Source of the DNA: Octopus vulgaris
Lineage: Eukaryota
Reading direction: 5' to 3'
DNA: 64,000 nt
Assembly: GCA_951406725.2 (NCBI GenBank)
Contig: OX597822.1
Span: 22,630,001-22,694,000 of the forward strand
Shown: positions 24,660-38,858 of the stretch, piece after piece
Layout: each line of letters starts with the position of its first letter
Numbering within the stretch: position 1 is the stretch's first letter
Program-made: the position numbers and the translations under genes
The notes under the pieces: model-generated
Seen by the model: only the letters and a program-made list of their open reading frames with translations
Told to the model about the DNA's origin: nothing
Databases searched by the model: none

Positions 24660-25790
24660 ATGCAAGATTAAAAGGTTTAGTAACTCGAGGAAAAACTTCT
24701 GGGGTGCATTAAATATAATGGAGGAAACTTTGTCAGGGCTGTGACCTTATTTATTTAAAACAACTGGAAGTAGTTCCACAGCGTGTTTGTGAGCTGGATA
24801 GGCAGCTTATTGAAAGGAAAAGGGGTAGATTTGGAGGGAGCTGGTCAAGAATGTAAAATAGGGAGTTGAATGTAAAGCAAGCAGCAAAGATGGAAGTTTT
24901 ATTCATAGGATTACTAATTACGGGGCCATTGTGTTTTTGTAAGTGGTGGAAAAGATGACTCTGCAATGTTGGTGGAGATTCTTTTGGTAAAGGGATCAGA
25001 AAAATCAGCTGCAGTCTGGGAAGCGAAAAAACTTAAAGACTGTACGATGTGCAAAGCATCTTCTTCAAGCTGGGTAGTAGTCTTATAGAAGTTGCGCAAC
25101 TGGTAAATTCCTCCAGTAGGTGAGTTTTTCCAGGCATTGAAGATCTTGTTTCTTTTGCGCAAACGGCTGCAGTTATAGCTCCGAGTAAATCACTAAGAAG
25201 ACTTGGGTTCTTCATTTGATGCATGGAAGATATGAAGGAACATGACTACAGTTACAGTTTCAATTACCCGTTTAATTCTTTCTTAAGCGTCAGGAGCGAA
25301 GGATATGTGCTGAGAAGGATACCTAGCAAAAAATGTTGCAGAGCTCTGACCAGCTGGTTGACTTTAAGTGCCATAGGATCCGGAGTAGAAAAAAAAGTGT
25401 TCAGTAGTATGTGGCTGTGTATTAGGCAGTTGCAATGCAACAGGGCTTGTATAATCCTGTAGGCGCAGAGATGGTCAGTTTGATAGAGGTCATGTCTGGA
25501 GTGAGAAAGAGATCATCAATGTTTGGGATGTCTGTCGGTCTGGAATGTGAGTAGGGGGATGAAACGATTTTATAAAAAGCGTTGATAATAGAAAAAGGTT
25601 TGACTTCTGCATCCGTAGGGGTTGTGAGTGTTGAAGCCAGTGAGAATGATGACATAAGTGAAAAGAGTAATTAGGTATATGTTCTCAACAAAGGAAAAGT
25701 GGTTAAAGAATTGGTAATGATTTGAGGAGTTCGAAAAACGATAGAAGGTTCAGATGTATTTAGGAGAGGTGTGAGACAGAAAGAGTGGAG
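24660..25790 (-). mobile_element. Degenerate CR1/Zenon-like LINE fragment
   Basis: PTDIPNIDDLFLT..ISAP, AITAAVCAK, KTSIFAACF: endonuclease-to-RT linker remnants. Confidence 0.6.
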
Positions 25791-26357
25791 TCTATGTATG
25801 CATAGACACCATTTTCTGGTTGCATGACCTGCCAAAAATAGTAACTAAATCTTCCTCATTTAAAGTTCTATCATCTTGAAAATAAGGGGAAAAAAACAGT
25901 GGATCATGTAGTTTTAGATAACACTACGATTGAAAACAGGTGGAATGGGCATAGCTGGAATAACAAGCTAAATATCAACCACCCCTGTCACACTATTCAA
26001 GAAAGACCTCCTTTGATTAGTTTAAAAACTAAATGTGCCTCTAACGAAAGTTCGAATTACTCCCTTGAAATGTGTTTTCAAATGTATCATGGGCTTGATT
26101 ACACTATGTACAGTGCAGCCTCAAAATCCATACAGAATTTAAAGAACTGAAGTAACAAGCACACATTTACCTTGTTGAGTTCTACACCATTCCAGAATAT
26201 TAGTCTTGTTTACTTAACACTCCAATTCATTAGCTTGTAAAGCGGTTGAGTATTCCACAGACAGATGCACCGATGATGTAATTCTCAAACAATCAACATG
26301 AAGATGACACTAAGCAGGAGCACTGAGTTACATGTACAGTACATCCAACAGAATTCT

Positions 26358-26590
26358 TATTTCTTTATTGCCCACAAGGGGCTAAACATAGAGGGAACAA
26401 ACAAGGACAGACAAAGAGATTAAGTCGATTATATCGACTCCAGTGCATAACTGGTACTTAATTTATTGACCTCGAAAGGATGAAAGGTAAAGTCGACCTC
26501 AGCGGAATTTGAACTCAGAACGTAACAGCAGACGAAATACCACTAAGCAATTCACCCGGCGTGCTAACGTTTCTGCCAACTCGCTGCCTT
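26358..26590 (-). mobile_element. SINE family B
   Basis: Full copy with 18-bp TSD tacatccaacagaattct. Confidence 0.9.
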
Positions 26591-27639
26591 TACATCCAAC
26601 AGAATTCTATTGCCTACGCAATTTCAGCTTGCAAATTTATAGCTTTGGGTCAACCCAAAGCTATAAATTAAATTTCCAACATAAAATAATCGTGATGAAC
26701 ATAAACCATAGTATCATCACCATCATTTAACATCTGTTTTCCATGCTAGCCTGGGATGGACAGTTCGACATGAGCTGATAAGCCAGAGGACTCCTCCAAG
26801 TTCCAATATCTGCTTAGGTATGGTTTTTACAGCAGGATGTCCTTCCTAATGCCAAACAATTTACAGAATGGAACCATCATCATTCATATAACTCCTCACT
26901 TCACAAATTCCCTTATCAACCCTGCTAACATAATACTCGTAAGGCAAAAAGAAGAATTAATAAATTTCTTTGTATCACTCTGCCCTACACAGATAACAGA
27001 AATTAATAAACTTCCACACAGACAAATTACTATTAGTTTAACTACAAACCCACCACTCAACAATTTGGAAAAGGCACTTGACCAAATTGTCATGCAGTTG
27101 GATTGAACAGAGAACCTCATGGATATAAAGCTATGACTAAACATGTTTTAACACAGCTGACAACCACCTTCATTCCTGTTTCTCCATGCTGGCAACAATT
27201 AAGCATCTTTCCACTTCATTATCATCATCATTATTAAACATCTACTTATCTATGCTTGCATAGATCAGATAAAATTTAAGATAGAGTTTCTATGGTTGGA
27301 TGCCCTTCCTGTTGCAACCCTCACCCGTTTCCAAGCAAGGAAATATTTCTTTCTGGCTGAATATCTTTTTTCGCGGAAGACTGAAAACAACACTGCATGT
27401 ATGGTGGTGAGACTCGCTTACAACATCACATAATATGGAGAAAAGAATACACACACACATATAAACAATGGGTTTATTCCAGTTTCTATATTCCAAAATC
27501 ACTCGCAAGCCTTTGTTCAAGCCAGGTCTGTAGAAGAAGACACTTGCCCAAGGTGTTGCAGAGTGAGATTGAACTCAAAATTACATGGTTGGAAAACAAG
27601 CTTATTAACCACACAGCCATGTATGTACCTCAGGCATGC

Positions 27640-27948
27640 ATCATCAACATTTAACGTCCGTTTTCTATGCTAGCAGGCTGATCTGGCAGTGTTTCTACAG
27701 CTGGATGCCCTTCCTAACGCCAACCACTCTGTGAGTGTAGTAGGTGATTTTTACGTGCCACCGGCACAGGTGCCAGGGGAGGCTGGCAATGGCCACAATC
27801 GGTTGGTGCTTTTTACGTGCCACCGGCACGGAAACCAGTCAAGGCGGCGCTGGCATCGGCCATGTTCGGATGGTGCTTTTTACGTGCCACTGGCACAGGT
27901 ATCACAACTACAATTTTCATTTAATTTTTATTTTGATGTTGATGTACT
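27640..27948 (-). mobile_element. RTE LINE 3'-UTR fragment
   Basis: Shares terminal module with 61150-61320; closely matches 43279-43650. Confidence 0.75.
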
Positions 27949-28196
27949 AAAAAAATAAATAAATAAATAAAATGGAAATTAAAAAATATGGTATCTGCAA
28001 ATGGATTGCTCCAGCAACTGTGGTAGGGTTACAAACTTTTGAAGCTTAGGGAAGAAATTCAACTCCCAATACTTCAACATCATAACCATGTTTTCTTACT
28101 CTATGATTTTAGTAGTCCAGTGGTACAAGTGCAGCTATTTAACCATTCAGTTATAGCATCTGTTGTCGTGTATCTACACAACAGCAAGGATCAGCA

Positions 28197-28423
28197 TCGA
28201 GCTGGCAGAAACGTTAGTACGCCGGATGAAATGGGTAGCTGTATTTCGTCTGTCATTATGTTCCGAGTTCAAATTCCGCCGAGGTCAACTTTGCCTTTCA
28301 TCCTTTCGGGGTTGATAAATTAAGTACTAGTTATGCACTGAGGTCGATGTAATCGACTTAATCCCTTTGTCTGTCCTTGTTTGTCCCCTCTGTGTTTACC
28401 CCCTTTGTGGGCAGTAAAGAAAT
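28197..28423 (+). mobile_element. SINE family B
   Basis: Matches family B. Confidence 0.85.
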
Positions 28424-29216
28424 ATAATTACACCCAACAATATTTAAAAGGACAAACACATTGAATTATACAATACCACATAGGCTGTCTGAGAGAAACA
28501 AATATTGCTCATAGGTTTGATTAATCAAAGCCAACTGGCAGATAAACAACAATAGGTAATTTGATTCAAGTGATAACAAAACAATGGTCAACAATAAAAA
28601 TAGTCATTTAATTTTTATTACCAAAATTGTAAAATTAAAACAGAAAAAAAAAATGAAATCATAAACAATGGAATGTTAGAGTAGAATCAAACATAAATGC
28701 TTTAATATTTGTTATTTGCATTTGAAATTTTCCAATATAATAATCAAAATATATTTCTATCATCAAATACTTCATTTTAAATCCTCTGTTTCCATTAAAT
28801 GAAGATAAACTATGGAGAAGTTAGAGATACTGGAATGTAAACAGCGTCAGAGAAGAGGCAGAGATGTAGGATTGTAATTGACACTTTTATCTTTCTTTTT
28901 TTTTTTAGGGCAGGTGGAACGGTGTGTTGTGTGGGTAGTCTTAGTAGGCATGAAAGGTTAAGCAGTCAGGTGGGATTTTTAAAGTTTAGCGCTTCATTGT
29001 CTCTGCTAGAGACAAATACATCAACTATGATAGACAGAAGTAAACCTAAACTAACCCACTAAAAAAACACCAATGGAAAGGTGTGAGTGTCTGTGTGCGT
29101 GTGCATTTATTTACACACACACAGAAGGGATTATAATCCAAGCTGTGTCCGCATGAAGCACATCTACATATTCCATTACAGTTGGGAGATGTTCTACAAG
29201 TTATGAATTTATTATA

Positions 29217-29420
29217 TTACTCTCTTTACTCCTTTTACTCTTTTACTTGTTTCAGTCATTTGACTGCGGCCATGCTGGAGCACCGCTTTTAGTCGAGCAA
29301 ATCGACCCCGGGACTTATTCTTTGTAAGCCCAGGACTTATTCTATCGGTCTCCTTTGCTGAACCGCTAAGTGACGGGGACGTAAACACACCAAGCAATGC
29401 TAGGGGGACAAACACAGACA
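29217..29420 (-). mobile_element. SINE family A, 3' half
   Basis: Reverse complement of ~11845-12048. Confidence 0.85.
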
Positions 29421-31846
29421 TATACACAAACATATACACACAAACATATACACACACATACATACTATTGATATATTCATAAAATGTATTCCCATATTGT
29501 AATGAAACATGTAACACAGAATTAAAATGGTACAACATATCCCAGTCTTATATATATATATATATGCACACACACAAATATACGAGAAAATGTCATCTCA
29601 GAGTAATAAAATACATCGGAGAATTGAAATTAATGCAAAAATAAAAGTTATATTTAAACTAAGCTATAAATAGATAGAAAAGCTAGAAGGAGGGGGGGGG
29701 GAAAGAAAAGAAAAAGAAATAAAACATTTGAATCACAAATAAGTCTGCATAGCTGAAATACACCACTATATAGAATGATATATTTTCAGTAGAACAGATT
29801 CATGGTTTCGGAACTGATATGTAAAAAAACTTTAAATCACTTGATCTTTTATTATTATTATTATTATTATTACAATTTGGGTGGTTGTTATAAATGTGTA
29901 GGATCATAGCCTGCCCACTCTAAAATGTTCAATTACAGCACATATGACATCATATACAGCTGAGAGAGAGGGCGGAGGAGATACTGCATAGAGAAAATAG
30001 ACATGTTTATTGCTTGTGGAGAAAGCCTCATAAATTAGGATCAACCTAATTAAATTATCATAAAATATTAAAATGTACCTAAATGTCAGATTTTGATCAC
30101 AATTTTAATTGAAATAGGAACATATTAATTAGCACAAGCAGGTTGATATTAAAAGAGTTAAAGATTATGTTACATCGTTGATATGTCTGGAATGTTTTAA
30201 CCGTTTATGTTCTTATTCTATGTAATTTAAATGTTATAAATGTGCAAGTTTACCCAAGAATGATATGAATAATTATAAAATATATAAACGAATGGATGGA
30301 AAGATACAAAACTACAGTTTTATACTTAAAGTTTTCACAACACTGATTAATAAAATTTCATCTAAAAATAAAAATAATAAACCTGAAAGTTTTACCAATA
30401 ATAAATACAATTATTAGGAATGGAAAAACTTTTTTTTTTTAAATTAAAAAAAAAAGAAAAAAAACTACATGAGCAACCTCTAATGATTATGGAAAACAAA
30501 TCTAAAGGTTTATCATTCTCAGGAAAGTAGAAATACAGAGAAAACACTTCAGTTTAACAACTGACAGATGCAAGTGTTTCGAATGTCAATAGGAGTGTGC
30601 AAAAAAGAAAAAAAAAACGCACAAAAAAGGTATGCAAAACAAATGGAATGACAGACACTGTCACAGGGTTTTCAGGATCCACAAATTATATTGAGATAAG
30701 ACAGAAATAGAAATTTTTAAAGTTAATATACCTTTTAATTTTCAAGTGTTCCCAATGGTGAAAGTATGCTATTGGCCAGGTCCTAATTGTTTCAAACAGA
30801 CTAAGCAATGTTATCCATTTACTGGCCATAGCATTTGCTATGCAAACAATATATAGATTGTATGACATGACTAATATGACATGACTAATAACTTTTTAAT
30901 TTATAGGAAGTAAAATTTCAGGTTCTTTTTCTACTTCCTATAAAGTTTTTTTTTAATTCTTTATGTTCATTGAGGTATCCAAATATTACACTTGGTCATA
31001 GTTTTGTTCTGTTCCACTATCTCATTCTGTTTTGCAAAATATTTTCTGCGAAAAACAATACTTTTAAGAAAACTGCATTTATTTGGAATTAACTGCTGAG
31101 GATTTTAAAGAAGTAGACAAAATTAGCTGATTGAGTGGTCTTTATCATGAGGTGCTTATTTGCAAGGTAGACAGTTTACAATGTTAAAGGGCAATTAAGG
31201 GGTTGCAAGAGGAAATAGTTTACAAGGCTTAACAAAGAATTTGGAATGCTTTCTAAATATAGAAAAAGTTTATAAAAAAATTGATTTCATTATGTAACAA
31301 AGACCAAAAAAATATTGGTAAGGCACATGATTAATAAATACCTAGAATGGATGTTTCTGCATAATGACTAACTCAACTACTGTTACAAATGAAGAAAATG
31401 AAAGAGAAAATGCATTAAGAATGCTTTTTAAACTAACAAAATTTAGCAATAGTCAACAATCAATAAAGACCAGAGCTGCAGTAAAAAACTTATGATACAA
31501 TAAAACTAAAACCCAACCCATATCTTTAATATCTTTCAGCACATTAGGTACAGATAATATTTAGATACAATTTAACTCTAGATTTTACCAATTTTTAAGA
31601 CAGAAAAGTAAATAATTTTCTTCATCTACCTACCCTTCACAGTGAACAATTTCAATGGACCTGGGCCAAGAGAAATTTTTGATGAGAGGTGCAGAGTAAT
31701 TTCAATTAAAATACCTTAAAACATCTTATTTTATCAAAGGCTGATCAGAAGGAGGAAAATAAGTCACTAGTGACAGGATCTGAAGGGTGATACTGTATGC
31801 ATTCAGCCTGGTACTCCACCTTTTCATGACTCTCTCTTTATAACTT

Positions 31847-31876
<30 letters not shown>

Positions 31877-31878
<2 letters not shown>

Positions 31879-32046
31879 CAGGTATTTATTTGTATATTAC
31901 ATGTTTTATACATCATATATCATATATTAGCGCTTTTGTCAATTCTAGTGGAGTTTTCAAATTGAAAACACCACTAGAATGGATGAAAGCACTAATATAT
32001 GATATATGATGTATAAAAACATGTAATATACAAATAAATATCTGTA
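31877..32046. repeat. Fold-back palindrome (~85-bp arms)
   Basis: tacaggtatttatttg...ttttcaa a ttgaaaa...caaataaatatctgta. Confidence 0.85.
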
Positions 32047-32119
32047 AATATAAAACCATCCGAATTTCTGAGTACCTCATTTCTTCTAATATAAAATACC
32101 TGTACATCATCTCCAAACC

Positions 32120-32169
<50 letters not shown>

Positions 32170-33548
32170 CATACATATACATATATATATTGATATGTTT
32201 ATTTTGTTAAGTGTTCTAATGCTATGAAAGAAGAATGTTCAGGAATTATTTTTTATAAATTCTGGTTGCTTGTTGAATTGCAATAAGTGTGTTTGTTTTG
32301 TATATTTACACCAAGTAGTGTGTTCCAGAGATAATATCAAGCATGAAGGCTTGATATTTTAATAAATTGAAGGGTGTGAGATATTGTGATGTTCGAGTCA
32401 TTTCTAAGAGCATCTGTAATGCATAAGAAGTGAAATGATTCTAACACTACAAGATCAAACCTCTACCTCCAAAACTGATCCACACATTTGGAGCTTATAT
32501 CTATTTTAGGGCGTCCATGAGCCCAACCAGTAAGTTGATAACATTTCTTACATTAGAAGTCTAAGTCTCTAGATTTGCAAGGGAAGCAGAAATGAAATGA
32601 TGAGACAATAATCCCTGTAAAAAATTTAGAATATCAAAATAAGAATATGCATGCATATCATCATCATCATCATCGTTTAACGTCCGCTTTCCATGCTAGC
32701 ATGGGTTGGATGATTTTGGCTGAGGGCTGGCGAACCAGATGGCGGCACCAGGCTCCAATCTTGATCTGGCAGAGTTTCTACAGCTGGATGCCCTTCCTAA
32801 TGCCAACCACTCCGAGACACATACATAATTATATTCCCATTTTGCCATAGCAGGGCTAATAAACAGTTGTTATAATTTAAAACACTTATAATGTAGAGCA
32901 TTACAAAGTTCTGGCAGTGAGGTGGAGAGAATTCACTAACGTTCTCCTCTCCAGACTCTTATAAGCACCAGAAGTACAGAATGCAGTATTAATGAATAAA
33001 TGACTATCAAAAGAGCAGGAGTTATGCAATCATCATCATTAGATTAGAGCTGTAATAGCTAATGAAGGTGATTACATATCACCTGTTTTTTTTTGTCATT
33101 CAATTATTAATCAATGTTTGTGCTTGATGAAGAGACTCAATAATGAAAGTAGAGTCATAAAAATAAATTCATTCTGACCAGGACTTCCAATTTTGTTTGA
33201 TGGTTTATTCAGCCAGAGGTTGAATAAGCCATCAGAAAAAACTTAAAGTCCCAGTCAAGGAAAACCTTTATAATATATGTGTGTGTATATATATATATAT
33301 ATATATACACACTCAAAGAACGGCGAGAGAGTGTAAAAGAGAGAGACTAAGACATACAAAAAGGACATATATTTCTATAGGTTAGAATATCTGAAGAGAA
33401 AGAAGTACCTTCTATTAACTCTTGCAAGTTAAAATTAATTATGTTTCCCCTCAATTGTTTTTAAAGGCTTTGCTGGTCAGTAAAGTTTAAATGACAGGTT
33501 TCAGTAGGTGATTAATCATATTAAACAAAAATAGGCTAATCGGGTAGC

Positions 33549-33655
33549 TTATGACAGATCGTAGTCTGGAAACGGAGTTAATAATTGCTTCAGGAAAGCT
33601 TCATAATGAACAGGACCATCAGGGGAAATTCGAAACTCACGTAGAAGGCTGTTAA
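33549..33655 (-). CDS. CALML4: Calmodulin-like protein 4, coding exon 5 (last)
   Basis: Acceptor ttttctctttcag; (V)NSLLREFRISPDGPVHYEAFLKQLLTPFPDYDLS*; phase 1; CALML4-like C-terminal P..DY. Confidence 0.9.
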
Positions 33656-35840
33656 CTGAAAGAGAAAATGATGGAAATAAATATCAATACAGAGATGAAT
33701 AAATGTTGAAGCACATATGTACAAGTGTATGTGCATGCAATATAGATTTAAATGAGCATATGTATATATCAGCATCATCATTTAGTGTCCATTTTCTATA
33801 TTGGCATGGGGTGTACAATTTGACAGAATCTGGTAGATGGAAAGAATGTGTCGAGTTCTGGTGTTAGCTTTGGCAAGGTTTCTATGACTGGATGCCCTTC
33901 CTTATGCCAACCACATTACAATGTGTACTGGATGCCCGTTTTTTTGTGCCATTGGCACTAGTGAGGTTGCAAATGAGCAGACAGAAAATGAACAGGTAAA
34001 AAAGATAAGGAAAAAATACCTGCTACTGAGTGTGTGTGTGTATTTGAGATAGGGAGGTAGTTTTATGCTAGCTGTTGAAAGGCTAAAGTATGACAAGGGG
34101 AGAAGCACAAGTGTCTTGCTGCAGAGAAGATATATAACTATGTCTATATACGTATGTAAATACCTAACAATTGTGTACTGAGATGTAATTTTGTATTAGG
34201 ACAAATATGAATATATACACTAATGTGTATTTGGGGTATATGTCTGTATATATACACCTGAATAAGTATGTGTATATATGATGTGTGTGTATATATGGAA
34301 GTTAACATTCTGCAATGTCCTTGCATGAAACACTTGAATAAAAGTAGTGACATTATATGGCTGCTTTCCTGTCAATAAATGATCCTGTATCTCCACTCTT
34401 AGTGGAGGTGCATGGCTTAGTGGTTAGGGTGTCAGCATCATGATTGTAAGATTGTGGTTTCGATTCCCTGGACTGAGCGACGCGTTGTGCTCTTGAGCAA
34501 AACACTTCATTTCACGTTGCTTCAATCCACTCAGCTGGCAGAAATGAGTAACGCTGCTATGGACTGGCGTTCTGTCAAGCTGGGGAAAATATACGCCATA
34601 GAAACCAGGAAACTGGGCCCATGAGCCTGGCTAGGCTTTAAATAGGGCACATTTATTTTTATCTCCACTCTTACAAATATAAGTCCTTTCTTTGAAAACA
34701 GGTAGGGGTTAGCAATGCGAAAAGCATCTAGCCAAAAATAATGCTCCAATAATAAGTTTTCATCCAACTTACACTAGCATGTAAATTTAAACATTAAATG
34801 AATGGATATTTTTTGTGTGTTTGTGTGCGCACAAGTGGTCACATGCATGTACGTGAGTAGTAATGTACCATGGCTTTTGTGTGTTGATATTACCTCTCAT
34901 ATGATTTTGTATGTTACTTTATAATGTTTACACCTAATTGAATAAGATCTACTATTCATAAGGATGCGTCAAAGCAACTGTAAAAATATTTTCACATCTT
35001 GTAATAGTATGTAACAACTTAAAGCAACGAGTTGGCAGAATCATTAGCATGCTGGGCAAAACGCTGTGCAATATTTTGTTCGTCTTTATGGATAAAAAGC
35101 TGAGTCAACTCCAGTGGAATTTGAACTAAGAACATCATCATTGATAATGATGTTCTTAGTTCAAATTCCACTGAAGTTGACTCAGCTTTTTATCCTTTTG
35201 AGGTCAAAAAGTAAGAACCAGTTGAGCACTGCGGTTGATGTAATTGACTTATCTACTTCCTTGAAACTGCTGGCCTTGTGCCATAATGTGAAACTGATAT
35301 TATGCAACAGCTCAAACAGATCTTTATATATGTTATATATATATTAATATAAATTATTAGATAATAAATTATATGGTATACACCTGGTAGTTTGCTGGTA
35401 AAACACGTTCACTTTCACAGTGTTTGTCGGGTATTTGATTAATGAAAGAGACAGAAGATGGAAGATACAAGAATGTTTATTGATCACTATAAATCTTTCA
35501 ACCCATCTAACATCGTATTTGGGCATTTGTTTCTGTTTGTATCTGATTTTATTGATCTTCTATAATAATGAAATTGTATCCCTTAATTTGCTGCTTTTGT
35601 ATACATATACCAAGAAGAAAACTTGTAGAACAGATGCTTTAATTCAATACATCTTGTAACCACCTGAAGACGGATACTCCAGAACCAGTTGTTCAGTATC
35701 CCACCCATGAGGGATTGATGCTAGATGGGTCAAGACAATTGTAACATTCTCGTATCCTTCATCTCTCTCATTAATCAAATATATATATATATATAGCAAT
35801 AATAAATCTCTGAACAAGATGTAAACAGTAACCGCTCGAC

Positions 35841-36184
35841 AACGTAAAGTATACTAGCCATCTCAATATGGCTAATCACTAAGGGTGGGTGTTACTGTAG
35901 CTTGTAGCCCCAGGAGAACATCGTCTCCAGCTGGCTTTAGGTACACTTTCTGTACCCTTATGGTATTTGCAAAGGGAGGTCATCTCTCCCTCGTAAACCT
36001 AAGTGATATGCACGGACTGCAGTTTCGAGGTAGTCCGTGCATATCACTTAGGTTTACGAGAGAGGAATGACCTCCCTTTGCAAATACCAGCCAGCTGGAG
36101 ACGATGATCTCCTGGGGCTAAAAGCTACAGTAACACCCACCCTTAGTGGTTAGCCATATTGAGATGGCTAGTATACTTTACGTT
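35841..36184. repeat. Near-perfect fold-back (~150-bp arms) in CALML4 intron 4
   Basis: Arms 35841-36018 and 36032-36184, 13-nt loop, 25-nt bulge 35937-35961. Confidence 0.9.
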
Positions 36185-36655
36185 ATATATATATATATAT
36201 ATATAGAAATATATATATATATCATCATCATCATCATCGTTTAACGTCTGCTTTCCATGCTAGCATGGATTGGATGATTTGACTGAGGGCTGGCAAACCA
36301 GATGGCTGCACCAGGCTTCAATCTTGATCTGGCAGAATTTCTACAGCTGGATGCCCTTCCTAACGCCAACCACTCTGAGAGTGTAGTGGGTGCTTTAACG
36401 TGCCACCAGCACGAGGCCAGTCAGGCAGTACTAGCACCGACCTCATTCGAATCTTTTACACATGCCATAGTAATAATAATAATAATATATTCAAATTTTG
36501 GCACAGGACCAGCAGTTTTTGAGGTGGTGGGGCCAGTTGATTACATCAATCCCAGTACTTAACTGGTAATGAGTTTAACGACCCTAAAAAGAAGAAAGGC
36601 GAAGCTGATCTCAGCAGAATTTGAACTCAGTACATAAAGGCAATTTTGCCAGTTC

Positions 36656-36697
<42 letters not shown>

Positions 36698-36924
36698 GTT
36701 ATTAATTTAGGCACAAGGCCAGCAATTTTGAGGGAAGAGGTTTAATTAATTCCATCAACCCAACTATTTGACTGGGACTTTATTTTATTGATTCTGGTGG
36801 AATGAAAGGCAAAGTTAACCTCAATGGGACCTGAACCAAAACAAATACCACAAGACATTTTTCAAACACTCAAATGATTCAACTAGGTCAACACCTTTTT
36901 ATTAATTGTTTCAAACATAGATAC

Positions 36925-37303
36925 ATCATCATCATCGTTTAACGTCCATTTTCTGTGCTAGCACGGGTTGGATGGTTCGACCGGGGTCTGGGAATCCAGG
37001 AAACTGCACCAGGCTCCAGTCTGATCTGGCAGTGTTTCTACAGCTGGATGCCCTTCCTAACACCAACCACTCTGTGAGTGTAGTGGGTGCTTTTTATGTG
37101 CCACCGGCACGGAGATCAGACGAAGCTGGCAACGGCTACGAATCGAATGGTACTTTTTACGTGCAACCGGCACAGGTATCACAACTACAATTTCCATTTG
37201 ATATTTATTTTGATGTTGATGTACTTGACTCAAAATATCAAAATAAATATCAAATGGAAATTGTAGCTGTGATACCTGTGCCGGTGGCACATAAAAAGCA
37301 CCA
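36925..37303 (-). mobile_element. RTE 3' end with inverted duplication
   Basis: (CAT)n tail at 36925; 37148-37217 repeated inverted at 37233-37303. Confidence 0.8.
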
Positions 37304-37995
37304 AAGCTTTAAATTATATAGTGAGGAAACAGTAGCTTTGAATCAACCCCAATATTACGCGAGTAGTTTATGTTACCCAGCCCAGAGAGATAAAGGAGAA
37401 AAATTGACCTCATCATATTTTGAAGTCAGAGTGTAAAGAGTGAGAAGAAATACAGCAAGACATGTTTTCTTATGCTCCTAAACCAGTGGTTCTCAACCAT
37501 TTTTAGCTTACAGATCCTTTAATTCCTACTTAACTCTACTAGATCCTTATGTAAAAAAAAAAATCTGATTATATTTTTATAAGGTATTATTAGGGATTTA
37601 TCTTTTATCTGTTTCAGTCATTAGACTGCATCCATGCTGGGCACTGCCTAGAACAATTTCTAGTTGAATAAATCGACCGCAGCACTTTTTTTTTTTTTAA
37701 AGCCTGGCAGTTATTCTATTGGTCTCTTTCGCCAAACTGCTACATCACAGGGACATAAATCCACCAAAACCAGCTGTCAAGCAGTAGTGGGGGACAAACA
37801 TAGGTGCACACATACACACACACACACACATATATACATATAACAGGTTTCTTTCTGTTTCCGTCTACCAAATCCATTACCACAGCTCTGGTCGGCCTGA
37901 GGCTATAGTAGAAGACACTTGCTCAAGGTACCATGCAGTGGGACTGAACCTGGAACCAAGGGGTTGGGAAGCAAGCTTCTAACCACACAGCCACA

Positions 37996-38205
37996 ACTCT
38001 TTTACTCTTTTACTTGTTTCAGTCATGTGACTGTGGCCATGCTGGAGCACCGCCTTTAGTCGTTCAAATCGACCCCAGGACTTATTCTTTGTAAGCCTAG
38101 TACTTATTTTATTGGTCTCTATTTTGCCGAACCACTAAGTTACGGGGACGTAAACACACCAGCATCGGTTGTCAAGCGATGTTGGGGGTACAAACACAGA
38201 CATGC

Positions 38206-38243
<38 letters not shown>

Positions 38244-38405
38244 GACAGGCTTCTTTCAGCCTCCGTCTACCAAATCCACTCACAAGGCTTTGGTCAGCCC
38301 GAGGCTATAGTAGAAGACACTTACCCAAGGTGCCACGCAGTGGGACTGAACCCGGAACCATGTAGTTCGTAAGCAAGCTACTTACCACACAGCCACTCCT
38401 ATGCC
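37996..38405 (-). mobile_element. SINE family A, full length
   Basis: Reverse complement of 11617-12048; abuts an older copy at ~37605-37995. Confidence 0.9.
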
Positions 38406-38858
38406 TAACTGTTAAAATATTTTATGTAATGTAGAAGTATAATTAATTTACTGCTTATAAACTTCAGCAACAAAATCTTACATAGACGCTGGTTGAGAAC
38501 AACTGCTCTAAACAATTCCTCCAGTGCTGTGTCCTGAATATCTAATAAAAATAATGTTTCTAACTTTGACATGAGCCCAGCAATTTTCAAAAGAGGGTAA
38601 AGTTCATTACACTGAAACCAAAAGCAAAGTTGACCTTGACAGCATTTGAACTAAGAACATAAAGAGCCAAAAGAAATATTGCTAAGCATTTTATCAAACG
38701 TGCTAACAGTTCTGCCAGCTTGCCACCTTATTTTAAGATAACTTGAAAAAACTTAAAATAGGCACCATCCCTTGGTTAAAAACTAATAATATTTAACTAC
38801 TTATTTATAATTATGCAATAAATATTGGTAAAGAGGTGATGGATGGAAAAGATGTTAC

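Noticed and set aside
35655-35745. CTGAAGA plus stem
   Set aside because: No downstream GAAA or stem III; too degenerate.
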